In this document: positions 12,091 through 22,969 of the stretch, in pieces
How positions within the stretch are numbered: position 1 is the stretch's first letter
Layout of the letters: every line of letters begins with the position of its first letter
Origin: Anthoceros angustus
Taxonomy: Eukaryota > Plantae > Anthocerotophyta
NCBI GenBank assembly: GCA_010909165.1
Contig: MU008158.1
Coordinates: forward strand, 3,063,478-3,127,477
Length of the DNA: 64,000 bases
Reading direction: 5' to 3'
Program-made: the position numbers and the translations under genes
The notes under the pieces: model-generated
Told to the model about the DNA's origin: nothing
Databases searched by the model: none
The model's input: the letters and a program-made list of their open reading frames with translations, nothing else

Positions 12091-14286
12091 TCACAGTCGA
12101 CCCTCACAACTGCAACAACCAGTTCCGAATCAATGGACACAGTACCCATCCCTTACAACAATGTCTCTCTGTTCCAGCCTTGACATGATATCCGTGGGAC
12201 TGTGGCAGTTGCTGCACATGCATAGATTCTTTCAGCATGCACACAGAGCACATATCCTTCTCAGACACTGGCTTCAACACCAACTGTGTCAGAGGCACAA
12301 TATCCTCTCTCCTTTTTCCCACCAAAAATCTATGTACATCCTTATTCACCTCCATGGTCGCCACTGCAGGTTTCTTGTTAGCTCCTGCTACCCTTCTCTC
12401 TGTGTTTCAATCCTGTCCACATAGGTCCACCTCCCTAAATCTGCGTAGCCATTGGCTATAACAACATGAGCGGGCGCCTCCTGCGGGTCTAGCTTAACAA
12501 TGCTTTCAAAACACCACATCACCATCTCTATACCTCCATGCCTTTTGCAGGCAATCAGCAAAGACATCAACCCCACGACACCACTTTGGCCCTCTCATGA
12601 GGATAGCACCTTCTCTGCCTCATCTAAGTTGTCCGCACGCCCAAGAAGATCAATCATGCAGGTGTCATGCTCAATAGTAGGTTTGATGCTATGCTGGTTA
12701 GCCATGGAATCAAAGTGCTTGTGACCCTCGTCAACCAGTCCCCCATGACCGCATGGGGCTAGAAAGCAAGTTTAGTAGCACCATCAGGCTGAATACCGGC
12801 AACTAACCTCTCCTCAAAACACGCTAGTGCCTTGTGAGCTTCATCACAAGTACCCTACCCAGATATTAGGGAATTCCATGTCACCAAATCCTTTGAGGCC
12901 ATGATGTCAAAAACCTGGCGTGCATCTTTCACTGCACCACACTTTGCATACATGTCCACCAGGAAGCGCCCAACACTATGACATCCAGCAGTCCTCTTTC
13001 CACTATCTCTGAGTGCAGCAGCCTGCCCTTCTATGAGGCACCAGTGCTTGCACAGGCGTTCAGAAGGCAAGAAAAAGTGACATGGTTCGCCAAAATCAGC
13101 CCCTCCTCCTCCATTGGTTCATACAGAACGAGCGCCTCATGTCAGAGCCCTTGCACAACATACCCAGCAATAAGCGTCGTACACGTCACCACGTTCTTTG
13201 TGGTCATGCTGTCAAAGACCTGGCGTGCATCCTTCAGTTCATCGCATTTTGCATATACATGTCCACCAGGCAGTCGCCAACAAAGAAGCCAAGAGGAATG
13301 CTACTGTGCAATACATCACAGTGCACTTCTCTGCCAGATTCCAAGTCGGCTGCAAATACACAAGCTTGAAGGGCAGCTAAGCATCTCATGGTACAGTTGC
13401 ATGGCCTTGTTAGGTCTCCCATCCTTAGCATATGCAGAAACTATGGAAAACCACATGAAGGCATCTGGTTTGCCCACCCTGGCGAACACATCCATGGCCT
13501 CCTGCAGACGACCTCCACATGCATACATGCGCAGGATATGGCTCCCTAAGTACGCATCCGACTCGGACCCGAGTTCGACTGTGAGGTCATGAACTCGTCG
13601 CCCCACAACCAGATCCTTCTTAGCTGTACACAGTTTCATCCCCTGCTGACAAAGTGCTCACGGTTACAGCCCTTTTCCGATCCTGCACGCCTGCCAGGTT
13701 CAGGCTTATCCGGAGAGCTGGAGTCGGAAGGAGAGGCACCATGACCCATCTGCATATCCAAGGAAACGCGCTGCTCGTCAACGCAAGCTGGCTTAAACAT
13801 GTTGTTTAACCACAGCACCCGGCCGAACCCCTTCCGCCGGAAATCAGGCGAACAGCTGTTCTTATCTTGTCTGTTGTCCACCACATGGTAGGGTCCAGAA
13901 ACAATTGTTGCCACAAGTGCTCCTGCTCCTGGCTGCGACCATCGTTGGAAAATCCATCCCCACCCACGTATTTTCTCGGAAATGGAAGAACTGGGCTTCT
14001 TGCACTGCTGCACCTGGCCCACATTTCCGAATCTGCACGCTTCCCCGGTTCAGGATTACCCGGCGAGCTAGACTTGGAAGGAGAGGCACCATGACCCATC
14101 CGCATATCCAAGGAAACGAGCTGCTCATCACCCCAAGCTGGCTCACGCCGGAAGTCAGGCGAACGGGAGCTCTTCATAGCTCGTCTGTTGTCCCACCACA
14201 TGGTGCAGTCAAATAAATTTTTGCAAGTGCCAATGAGGAGCGGGAAGTGTAGTTTATGTGATTCATCCAATAGTGAATCTCCCAAC
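12091..14286 (-). pseudogene. PPR RNA-editing factor pseudogene: 2x PDF (OSB-type) motif - PLS repeats - E - DYW:KP domain of GRP subtype
   Basis: PDF-like TMWWDNRRAMKSSRSPDFRR (~14200) and WQQLFLDPTMWW(D)NRQDKN..PDFRRKGFGRVLWLN (~13880); PLS motifs [35 protein letters not shown]; E motif LMSLLIACKRHG...VVIANGYADLGRW; then KKPAVATMEVNKDVHRFLVGKRREDI, LVLKPVSEK, LCVHAE, KNLCMCSNCHSPTDIMSRLEQRDIVVRDGYCVH*FGTGCCSCEGRL* (stop at 12091). Several frameshifts, an internal stop and deletions. Confidence 0.88.
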
Positions 14287-16390
14287 TATGGCATACCAAA
14301 GAGGACAGAGGGACGGACATTTTTTCTTCCGCAAAACTTTTGGTGTCCGGTTTGGTAACCCGACCGAAATGGGGTAGCCAAAGGGACGCACCAAAGCGGC
14401 CACTTCGCGGTCATCGGATTTCAGAAAGGGAACTTTAGGGTTTTTGCGCGCACTCTATGTGTTTTTTCTTCCACGCAGAACAAAAATTTTTGTTCCGCGC
14501 GCAACGTTCCTGTTTAGGGTCCGGTAGGCCTCATAGGCAAGCCACATGCCCGTTTTAGGGTTCATGTGCTAAGAGGGTGGAGCATGGTTTAGGGCAGGGT
14601 TTAGGCAAGCGATTTGGCGGGCTGCTGCGCCACGCAGCGGGTTGGGGCGACCGGGGCGGCGGCGAGGGACGAGGCGGGCGAGGGGCGAGGTCCCGAGGCA
14701 GGCGACGAGGTGCGAGGCGGGGCGTGTCGAGCCGCGGCGAGCCGCAAGCGCCCAGCAGGCGCCTCATGTCAGAGCCCTTGCACAACATACCCAGCAATAA
14801 GCGTCGTACACGTCACCACGTTCTTTGTGGTCATGCTGTCAAAGACCTGGCGTGCATCCTTCAGTTCATCGCATTTGCATATACATGTCCACCAGGCAGT
14901 CGCCAACAAAGAAGCCAAGAGGAATGCTACTGCAATACATCACAGTGCACTTCTCTGCCAGATTCCAAGTCGGCTGCAAATACACAAGCTTGAAGGGCAG
15001 CTAAGCATCTCATGGTACAGTTGCATGGCCTTGTTAGGTCTCCCATCCTTAGCATATGCAGAAACTATGGAAAACCACATGAAGGCATCTGGTTTGCCCA
15101 CCCTGGCGAACACATCCATGGCCTCCTGCAGACGACCTCCACATGCATACATGCGCAGGATATGGCTCCCTAAGTACGCATCCGACTCGGACCCGAGTTC
15201 GACTGTGAGGTCATGAACTCGTCGCCCCACAACCAGATCCTTCTTAGCTGTACACAGTTTCATCCCCTGCTGACAAAGTGCTCACGGTTACAGCCCTTTT
15301 CCGATCCTGCACGCCTGCCAGGTTCAGGCTTATCCGGAGAGCTGGAGTCGGAAGGAGAGGCACCATGACCCATCTGCATATCCAAGGAAACGCGCTGCTC
15401 GTCAACGCAAGCTGGCTTAAACATGTTGTTTAACCACAGCACCCGGCCGAACCCCTTCCGCCGGAAATCAGGCGAACGGAGCTGTTCTTATCTTGTCTGT
15501 TGTCCCACCACATGGTAGGGTCCAGAAACAATTGTTGCCACAAGTGCTCCTGCTCCTGGCTGCGACCATCGTTGGAAAATCCATCCCCACCCACGTATTT
15601 TCTCGGAAATGGAAGAACTGGGCTTCTTGCACTGCTGCACCTGGCCCACATTTCCGAATCTGCACGCTTCCCCGGTTCAGGATTACCCGGCGAGCTAGAC
15701 TTGGAAGGAGAGGCACCATGACCCATCCGCATATCCAAGGAAACGAGCTGCTCATCACCCCAAGCTGGCTCACGCCGGAAGTCAGGCGAACGGGAGCTCT
15801 TCATAGCTCGTCTGTTGTCCCACCACATGGTGCAGTCCAAATAAATTTTTTGCAAGTGCCAATGAGGAGCGGGAAGTGTAGTTTATGTGATTCATCCAAT
15901 AGTGAATCTCCCAACTATGGCATACCAAAGAGGACAGAGGGGACGGACATTTTTTTTCTTCCGCAAAACTTTTGGTGTCCGGTTTGGTAACCCGACCGAA
16001 ATGGGGTAGCCCAAAGGGGACGCACCAAAGCGGCCACTTCGCGGTCATCGGATTTCAGAAAGGGAACTTTAGGGTTTTTTTGCGCGCACTCTATGTGTTT
16101 TTTTCTTCCACGCGGAACAAAAAATTTTTGTTCCGCGCGCAACGTTCCTGTTTAGGGTCCGGTAGGCCTCATAGGCAAGCCACATGCCCGTTTTTAGGGT
16201 TCATGTGCTAAGAGGGTGGAGCAGCATGGTTTAGGGCAGGGGTTTAGGGCAAGCGATTTGGCGGGCTGCTGCGCCACGCAGCGGGTTGGGGCGACCGGGG
16301 CGGCGGGCGCGGCGGCGAGGGGCGAGGTCCCGAGGCAGGCGACGAGGTGCGAGGCGGGCGTGTCGAGCCGCGGCGAGCCGCAAGCGCCCA
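13131..16390. repeat. ~1.63 kb tandem duplication (13131-14760 / 14757-16390) spanning the PPR 5' part and the left end of the IS3EU-like element
   Basis: Near-identical copies joined at a GCGCC(C)TCAT microhomology; differences are mainly homopolymer lengths and small indels. Confidence 0.92.
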
Positions 16391-17190
16391 GCAGGCGCCC
16401 TCATTGTGGTCGGGCGCGGCGGGCGGCGGCGAGGGGCGAGCCCACCGCCACGACGCTGGGCGGCGAGGGGCGAGGCGGCGGCAGGCGGCGGGGGGTTTCG
16501 CGGACCGGGCGGAGAAGGCGGGGCCGCTCGGGCAAGGCACGGGCGGAGGAGGGGCTGCGGTGGCGGCGAGGGACGAGGCGGCGGCCGGCAAAGTAGACGA
16601 GGGACTCGAGGCGGGCGGGCGTGTCGAGCCGCGGCGAGGGACGAGGCGAGGCGGCGGGCCTTCACTGGGTGACGGACGAGGCGGCCACCGCAGCAAGGAG
16701 AGGCGGGCAAGGAGGCGGGCGGGCGGGCGGGGCAAGGCGGGGAGGCGGGGCAGGCGGAGGAAGGCGGTGGGCGAGGCGGGCGCGGCGCGCGGCGGGCGGC
16801 GAGGCGGGCGGGCAAGGCGGGGAGGCGGAGGAGGCGGGCGGCGAGGCGGGCGGGGCAGGCGGCGAGGCGGGCAAGGAGGCGGGCGTGGCGGCGAGGCGGG
16901 CGGGCGCGGCGAGGCGGAGGAGGGTTCCACGATCTCCTCCGATCCTGCACCAAGCCGCAACTAACCTCGTCCCCATTTCTTCCCGCCCATGGTGATGCCG
17001 AATTGTTTGATGCTCATTTCTTGCAAACGGCCGACACGCAGATGGTCGCCGGTGCCACCGCAGTATTATTGTAGGCTTCTGCGGTTGTGGGCGGGATGGC
17101 GTGCACCGCCCACCCTCTCCTCCTCACATGCCGCAGCGCCTCAGGCGGCGGCAGGCGGGCGGGCAAGGAGGAGGAGGGTTCCACGATCTC
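16250..17190. repeat. Extremely GC-rich low-complexity array (GGCGGGCGGCGAGG-like units) near the left end of the IS3EU-like element
   Basis: Directly visible, strongly G-skewed on the + strand; explains the many overlapping R/G/A/P-rich ORFs. Confidence 0.85.
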
Positions 17191-17212
17191 CTCCGAGCTC
17201 ACCCGATCCTAA

Positions 17213-17761
17213 TATGTGGAGTGAGTTGTTTCTGGTCTTATGACCCCAAGAAGCCAATGCATCCTTTGTCCCACGAGGAGCTTGATGCGCTTTTGCAAAG
17301 ATGCGGAGGACCACAACGACCTCATCCGCCACATAGAGAACTACCCTTGACTTCAAGTTCTTTTCGATGAGGAACGTGGTCGCAGTATTTGACCGGACTC
17401 GACTTCCTATCGCGAGAGTGCCTTCCGTGTCGGAAGCGCACTATTTCATGCATACCCATTTTGATGGGTGGCCATTGGGTCCTAACGATCACCGCGAGGC
17501 CTCGCGGTCCAAGCACCCGAGTCACCGGAGGACTTCGTGGATGGCCAAGTTTCACTCCGACGGCTTGACTCACAGTGCCGCACGGCCGGCCTCGACGCTT
17601 ATCGCCTCCCGGATTTCATCTCAACGTCTTCTGAATTGGACGACGCCAACCATGTCTTGTGGGAGGAGATGAACGACCTCTACATCATCGAGGCGGTGAT
17701 CATGGGGTTAGGATCGTGGTCATGTGCTTTAGGCACCGTGGAGGGTTTTGATAGGACTTGA
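17213..17761 (+). pseudogene. Frameshifted coding-like segment of unknown function, convergent with the transposase; partial second copy ~19555-19920
   Basis: Joined frames read as complex protein sequence: CFWSYDPKKPMHPLSHEELDALLQRC...RNVVAVFDRTRLPIARVPSVSEAHYFMHTHFDGWPLGPNDH...CRTAGLDAYRLPDFIS...NHVLWEEMNDLYIIEAVIMGLGSW. No family recognised. Confidence 0.4.
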
Positions 17762-18759
17762 TGTACGAGGCCTTTACGGTTTAGATTTGTAGGTGTCTTC
17801 GCACCCCGCTTCCCACGCTTTGACTTGACCAAATTTTGACGCTTCCCTCTTTCGTGTATTCTCACCACTCGGCGGATATCTGCCCACGTTTTCAACTTGG
17901 CCTCGGTTCATGCTTGCCGCCGCGCATCGTGTTCCCTCGTGCCTATATTTTGGCCCGCTTTTCCATTCTCCCTTGGCCTTGTCAACCCCTGCCCCCGGCT
18001 TTTGCCCCAGCTTTCCATGTGCGTCACACTTGCTTATTAAGTGACAACCCATACAGTCTGCCTTCTTTCAGTGTGATTTGGGTCCGCGGAACTCGCTCTT
18101 CACAGAGGTTCGTCGATTTGATAGCTCCTGCCTCCACTTCAAGGGGAATGCGGTTTCACACAAAGGTGATTCCGACACGCGTCTCCACAATTTTCATGCA
18201 CCATTCGGAAGGTCGTGATGAACTTGTGGAATGTCTCGCCCATGCCTTGCGGCGACCACAGAAAACCGCTTTGACGCAGGAGGCTATTCCATGAGCCCCT
18301 GCGTCATGTGTCCACGCGGTGGCCCCTCCGGCCCTCACGTTTCTATCCTATCGGCGGTGATGCCCTGTCCCCGTCGCCTTCCCTATCCATGTCTCGCTGT
18401 CTCCCCGCTTGCACTACACAGCCCGCCCCTAGTCGCTGCCCCCAGTGCCACCCGCGACGCACCTCATATGAAAAGCGTTCTGAAGAGGTTAAGGGCTCTC
18501 CATGTCCACAGTGTGCACTGGTGTGCATTCCACTCCCACACCATCTCCTGCAGAGGGATCCCCGCCGCCGCAATACAAGCACACCCGCCACCGCCTATGC
18601 GATACATGTCCGGAGGTAATTTGTACACTTCAAGCTCGCCTCAGACGCCATGTCCTCGCCACTTGCATGTCCTACACAAAACATTTGTCGCCATCAAGAA
18701 TCGCTGGTGTTCACATTCGTGACGGTCTTGGCCGACGCTCACTTACCCCTCACAATGCT

Positions 18760-21700
18760 ATCGGAGGAAGCGGTGGCACCTCCGGTGCAACATTGCGGGG
18801 CGCATCGTGGTCCGGGACATAGTAGTCGTTGTCGCCCTCCTCGTCTACCCCATATGCGGCCCTACCAGCGCCACCGCCTCCTCCGGAAGGCCTCCGCGGG
18901 CGTGGCCAGCTATGTCATCGCCTCCGACCTCATTTTCCTCACTGTGCAAGTTCCACACCAACGAAAGTCGCCAGCTCTGTCCTCATGGTGGGCATGAATG
19001 CTGCGTGCAAGGAATGTATGTGCCAAGGGTTCGTGGTATCCAACTCACTACCGGCCCCGCAGCTCCAACATGTACCTCTTGTACAGGAAGCCCCACTTCT
19101 CCTTCAGAGCCCTCCGGAAGTGCTCGGCGCGCCGCCTCACACCCACGCACTCCACCCACCAACCACGCTATGTCGCACGGCCCGGCGTTCCGCAGCCGCA
19201 TTCGTGAAGCACATTGCGGCAAATCCCTTCACATGACATCCAAGATCCACCTTACGATTGTGCACCGATGGCCCCGAATGAAGTTCCTCCCGTTCTCTCG
19301 CGGCCTCGCGGTTCAGGTCCTCCTCAACTAGGTTGTGCTCCGCAGCGAAATCGGACCGAATCCGCTGCGGGTGCCCAAACCTACGCACCGCCTCCGCGTA
19401 CGCCTTGTAGATTGTTCCTGCCCGCTTGTTGTCCTCCAGCACCGCCCACGTTATGTAGTGCGTGGCCCCATCTATGGCCGCGTGCACCCTGAAGTGGAAC
19501 ATGTACATCTTGTCGCCGCAAAGACAACACTCGCACCCGTTAGCTTGCGTCGCGGCTATTTGACCGGACTCGACTTTATCATGAGAGTGCCTTCCGTGTC
19601 GGAAGCGCACTATTTCATGCATACCCATTTTGATGGGTGGCCATTGGGTCCTAACGATCACGAGGCCTCGCGGTCCAAGCACCCGAGTCACCGGAGGACT
19701 TCGTGGATGGCCAAGTTTCACTCCGACGGCTTGACTCACAGTGCCGCACGGCCGGCCTCGACGCTTATCGCCTCCCCGGATTTCATCTCAACGCCTTCTA
19801 CGAATTGGACGCCAACCATGTCTTGTGGGAGGAGATGAACGACCTCTACATCATCGACGGTGATCATGGGGTTAGAGGTGGTCATGTGCTTTAGGCACTG
19901 TGGAGCAGGGGTTTTGATAGGACTTGATGTACGAGGCCTTTACGGTTTAGATTTGTAGGTGTCTTCGCACCCGCTTCCCACGCTTTGACTTGACCAAATT
20001 TTGACGCTTCCCTCTTTCGTTTATTCTCACCCACGGCCTCGTCACGTGCATTTTGGCCCGCTTCCATTCTCCCTTGGCCTTGTCAACCCCCGCCCGCTTT
20101 TGCCCCTTTTCCATGTGGCCACGCTTGCTTATTAATTGACAACCCATACAGGCTGCCTTCTTTCAGGGTGATTTGGGTCCGCGGAACTCGCTCTTCACAG
20201 AGGTTCGCCGCTTTGATAGCCGCCCACTTCAAGGGAATGCGGTTTCACACAAAGGTGATTCCGACACGCCTCCACAATTTTCATGCACCATTGTCGGAAG
20301 GTCGTGACAACTTGTGGAATGTCTCGCCCATGCCTTGGCCGGACCATGAAACCGTTGCGGACGCAGGAGGCTATTCCATGAGCCCCCCATGTGTCCACGC
20401 TGTGGCCCCTCCGCCCCTCACGTTTCTATCCTATCGGCGGTGATGCCCTGTCCCGTCGCCTTCCCTATCCATGTCTCACTGCCTCCCGCTTGCACTACAG
20501 CCGCCCCTAGTCGCCCCTGCCACCCGCGACGCACCTCATATGAAAAGCTCAAGAGGTTAAGGGCTCTCCATGTCCACAGCAGCATCGGGTTCGCATTCCA
20601 CTCCCACACCATCTCCTGCAGAGGGATCCCCGTCACCGCAATACAAGCACACTCACACCGCCTATGCGATACATGTCCGGAGGTAATTTGTACACTTCAA
20701 GCTCAGACGCCATGTCCTCGCCACTTGCATGTCCTACACAAAACATTTGTCGTCATCAAGAATCGCTGGTGTTCACATTCGAGACGGTCTTGGTGGCGTT
20801 CACTTACCCCTCACAAGAATGCTATCGGAGGAGTGGCACCTCCGGTGCAACATTGTCGCTGTGGTCCGGGACATAGTAGTCGTTGTCGTCCTCCTCGCCT
20901 ACCCCATATGCGGCCCTACCAGCCTCCTCCTCCGGAAGGCCTCCGGACGTGGCCTATGTCATCGTCTCCGACCTCATTTTCCTCACCGCAAGTTCCACAC
21001 CAACGAAAGTCGCCACTCTCTCCTCATGGTGGGCATGAATGTCGCAAGGAATGTATGTGCCAAGGGTTCGTGGTATCCAACTCACGCCCGCAGCTCCAAC
21101 ATGTACCTCTTGCAGAAGCCCCACTTCTCCTTGAGCGCCCTCCGTGCTCGATCGCCTCACACCCACGCACTCCACCCACCAACCACGCTATGTCCGGCAC
21201 GGCCGGCCGGAAGTTCCGCAGCCGCATTCGTGAAGCACATTGCGGCAAATCCCTTCACATGACATCCAAGATCCACCTTACCCGACATTGTCACCGATGG
21301 CCCCGAATGAAGTTCCTCCCGTTCTCTCGCGGCCTCGCTGGTTGAGTCCTCCTCAACTAGGTTGTGCTCAGCAAATCGGACCGAATCCGCGGGTGGTGCC
21401 CAAACCTACGCACCGCCTCCCACGCGCCTTGTAGATTGTTCCCGCTTGTTGTCCTCCAAGCACGTTATGTATGTGCGTTGCCCCATCTATGGCCGTGCAC
21501 CTCAAGTGGAACATGTACATCATCGACGCGCAAAGACAACACTCGCACCCGTTAGCTTGCATGCGTTGTCTTTGCGGCTATCGACTCAGCGACCACCATG
21601 TGCTCCAAGTTCCGCACACTCCATGTGCCACATGTACATCGGTGTTACGGTATTGCACCGCGAATCTTGTGCGACCTCATTTCCATGGCCTCCTACCGCA

Positions 21701-22900
21701 TGGCTCGCAATGCCGCCACACCGCCTCGGCACGAGCCCCGCAGTGCTGCGCACAATCCTCACTCCCGCTCACACCCCGCCGCGTGATGGTCACATTTTGT
21801 AGGATGAGGTTGCACGCCTTCTATTGTTCTCGCGGACCCGCGAGTGCCTCTCCATCCCGGGCACCGTGCCGCCACCTCCTCAACGTCATGCACATCCCAC
21901 CGCCTGCGAGCCCTTTCAATGTCCGTCCCGCCTCCTCCGCCCCTGCGATGTTCCTCAAAGTCTCCACTTGAAAGGGCAGCCGACTGCCTTCCTCTCCCCG
22001 CCCGCCGCCTGCTTGATGTGAGGGCTCTGATCGTCTCCGACCTCATTTTCCTCACCACATGCAAGTTCCACACCAACGAAAGTCGCATTTCTGTCCTCAT
22101 GGTGGGCATGAATCTGCGTGCAAGGAATGTATGTGCCAAGGGTTCGTGGTATCCAACTCACGGGCTGCGGCTCCAACATGTACCTCTTGTCGGCCCCACT
22201 TCTCCTTGAGCGCCCTCCGGAAGTGCTCGATCGCGCCTCACACCACGTGCCCACCCACCAACCACGCCGTTATATACGCAGGCTCCGGCTTCGGAAGTTC
22301 CAGCCGCATTCGTGAAGCACATTGCGGCAAATCCCTTCACATGACATCCGGTATCCACCTTACGATTGTGCACCGATGGCCCCGAATGAAGTTCCTCCGT
22401 TCTCTCGCGGCCTCGCTGGTTGAGTCCTCCTCAACTAGGTTGTGCTCAATCGGACGAATCCGCGGGTGCCCAAACCTCCGCACCGCCTCGCGTCGCCTTG
22501 TAGATTGTTCTGCCCGCTTGTTGTCCTCCGCCCGCGTTATGTAGTCGTTGCCCCATCTATGGCGCGTGCACCACGAAGTGGAACATGTACATCTTGCGGC
22601 GCTGCACTCGCACCCGTTAGCTTGCATGCGTTGTCTTGCTATCGACTCGGCGACCACCATGTGCTCCAAGTTCCGCACACTCACGATCCATGTGCCACAT
22701 GTACATGTTGTACATTATTGCACACCCGCGAATCGCATGCGACCTCATTTCCATGGCCTCCGGTGCATGGCTCGCAATCTTGCCGTCACACCTGGGCGCA
22801 GCCCGCGTGTTGCACAATCCTCACTCCCGGTTCACACACCACCGCGTGATGGTCACATTTTGTAGGATGAGGTTGCGGGGCGTCTTCTATTGTTCTCGGC
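18760..22900 (-). pseudogene. IS3/integrase-core-like DDE transposase with intron(s), present as three overlapping tandem copies with frameshifts
   Basis: Reconstructed order: RNLILQNVTITR...EMRSHAIRR..Y..MWHMD|GTGAGT intron|KMYMFHFRVHAAIDGATHYITWAVLEDNKRAGTIYKAYAEAVRRFGHPQRIRSDFAAEHNLVEEDL...FIRGPSVHNRKV...ELDTTNPWHIHSLHAAFMPTMRTE...WNLHxVRK...AYGVDEEG. This is collinear with the WHxDG..HGxIDG..RSDxGxEN..GxSxHNxRIER..WNxH motif set of eukaryotic integrase-core transposases. Confidence 0.85.
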
Positions 22901-22969
22901 GGACCCGTGGCGGCTCTCTCCATCACAGGCACCGTGCGGCCACCTCCTCAGCGTCGCGGTGCACATCCC

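Noticed and set aside
14287-14760. Independent second insertion of the IS3EU-like element
   Set aside because: It has the same flank as the 15916 end, so it is part of the 1.63 kb tandem duplication, not a new insertion.
16216-16995. Overlapping R/G/A/P-rich ORFs on both strands
   Set aside because: Extreme GC content removes stop codons; no protein-like complexity.
18760-22900. LTR retrotransposon or retroviral integrase
   Set aside because: No LTRs, PBS, gag, protease or RT motifs; the gene has an intron and the motif spacing fits IS3-like DNA transposases.
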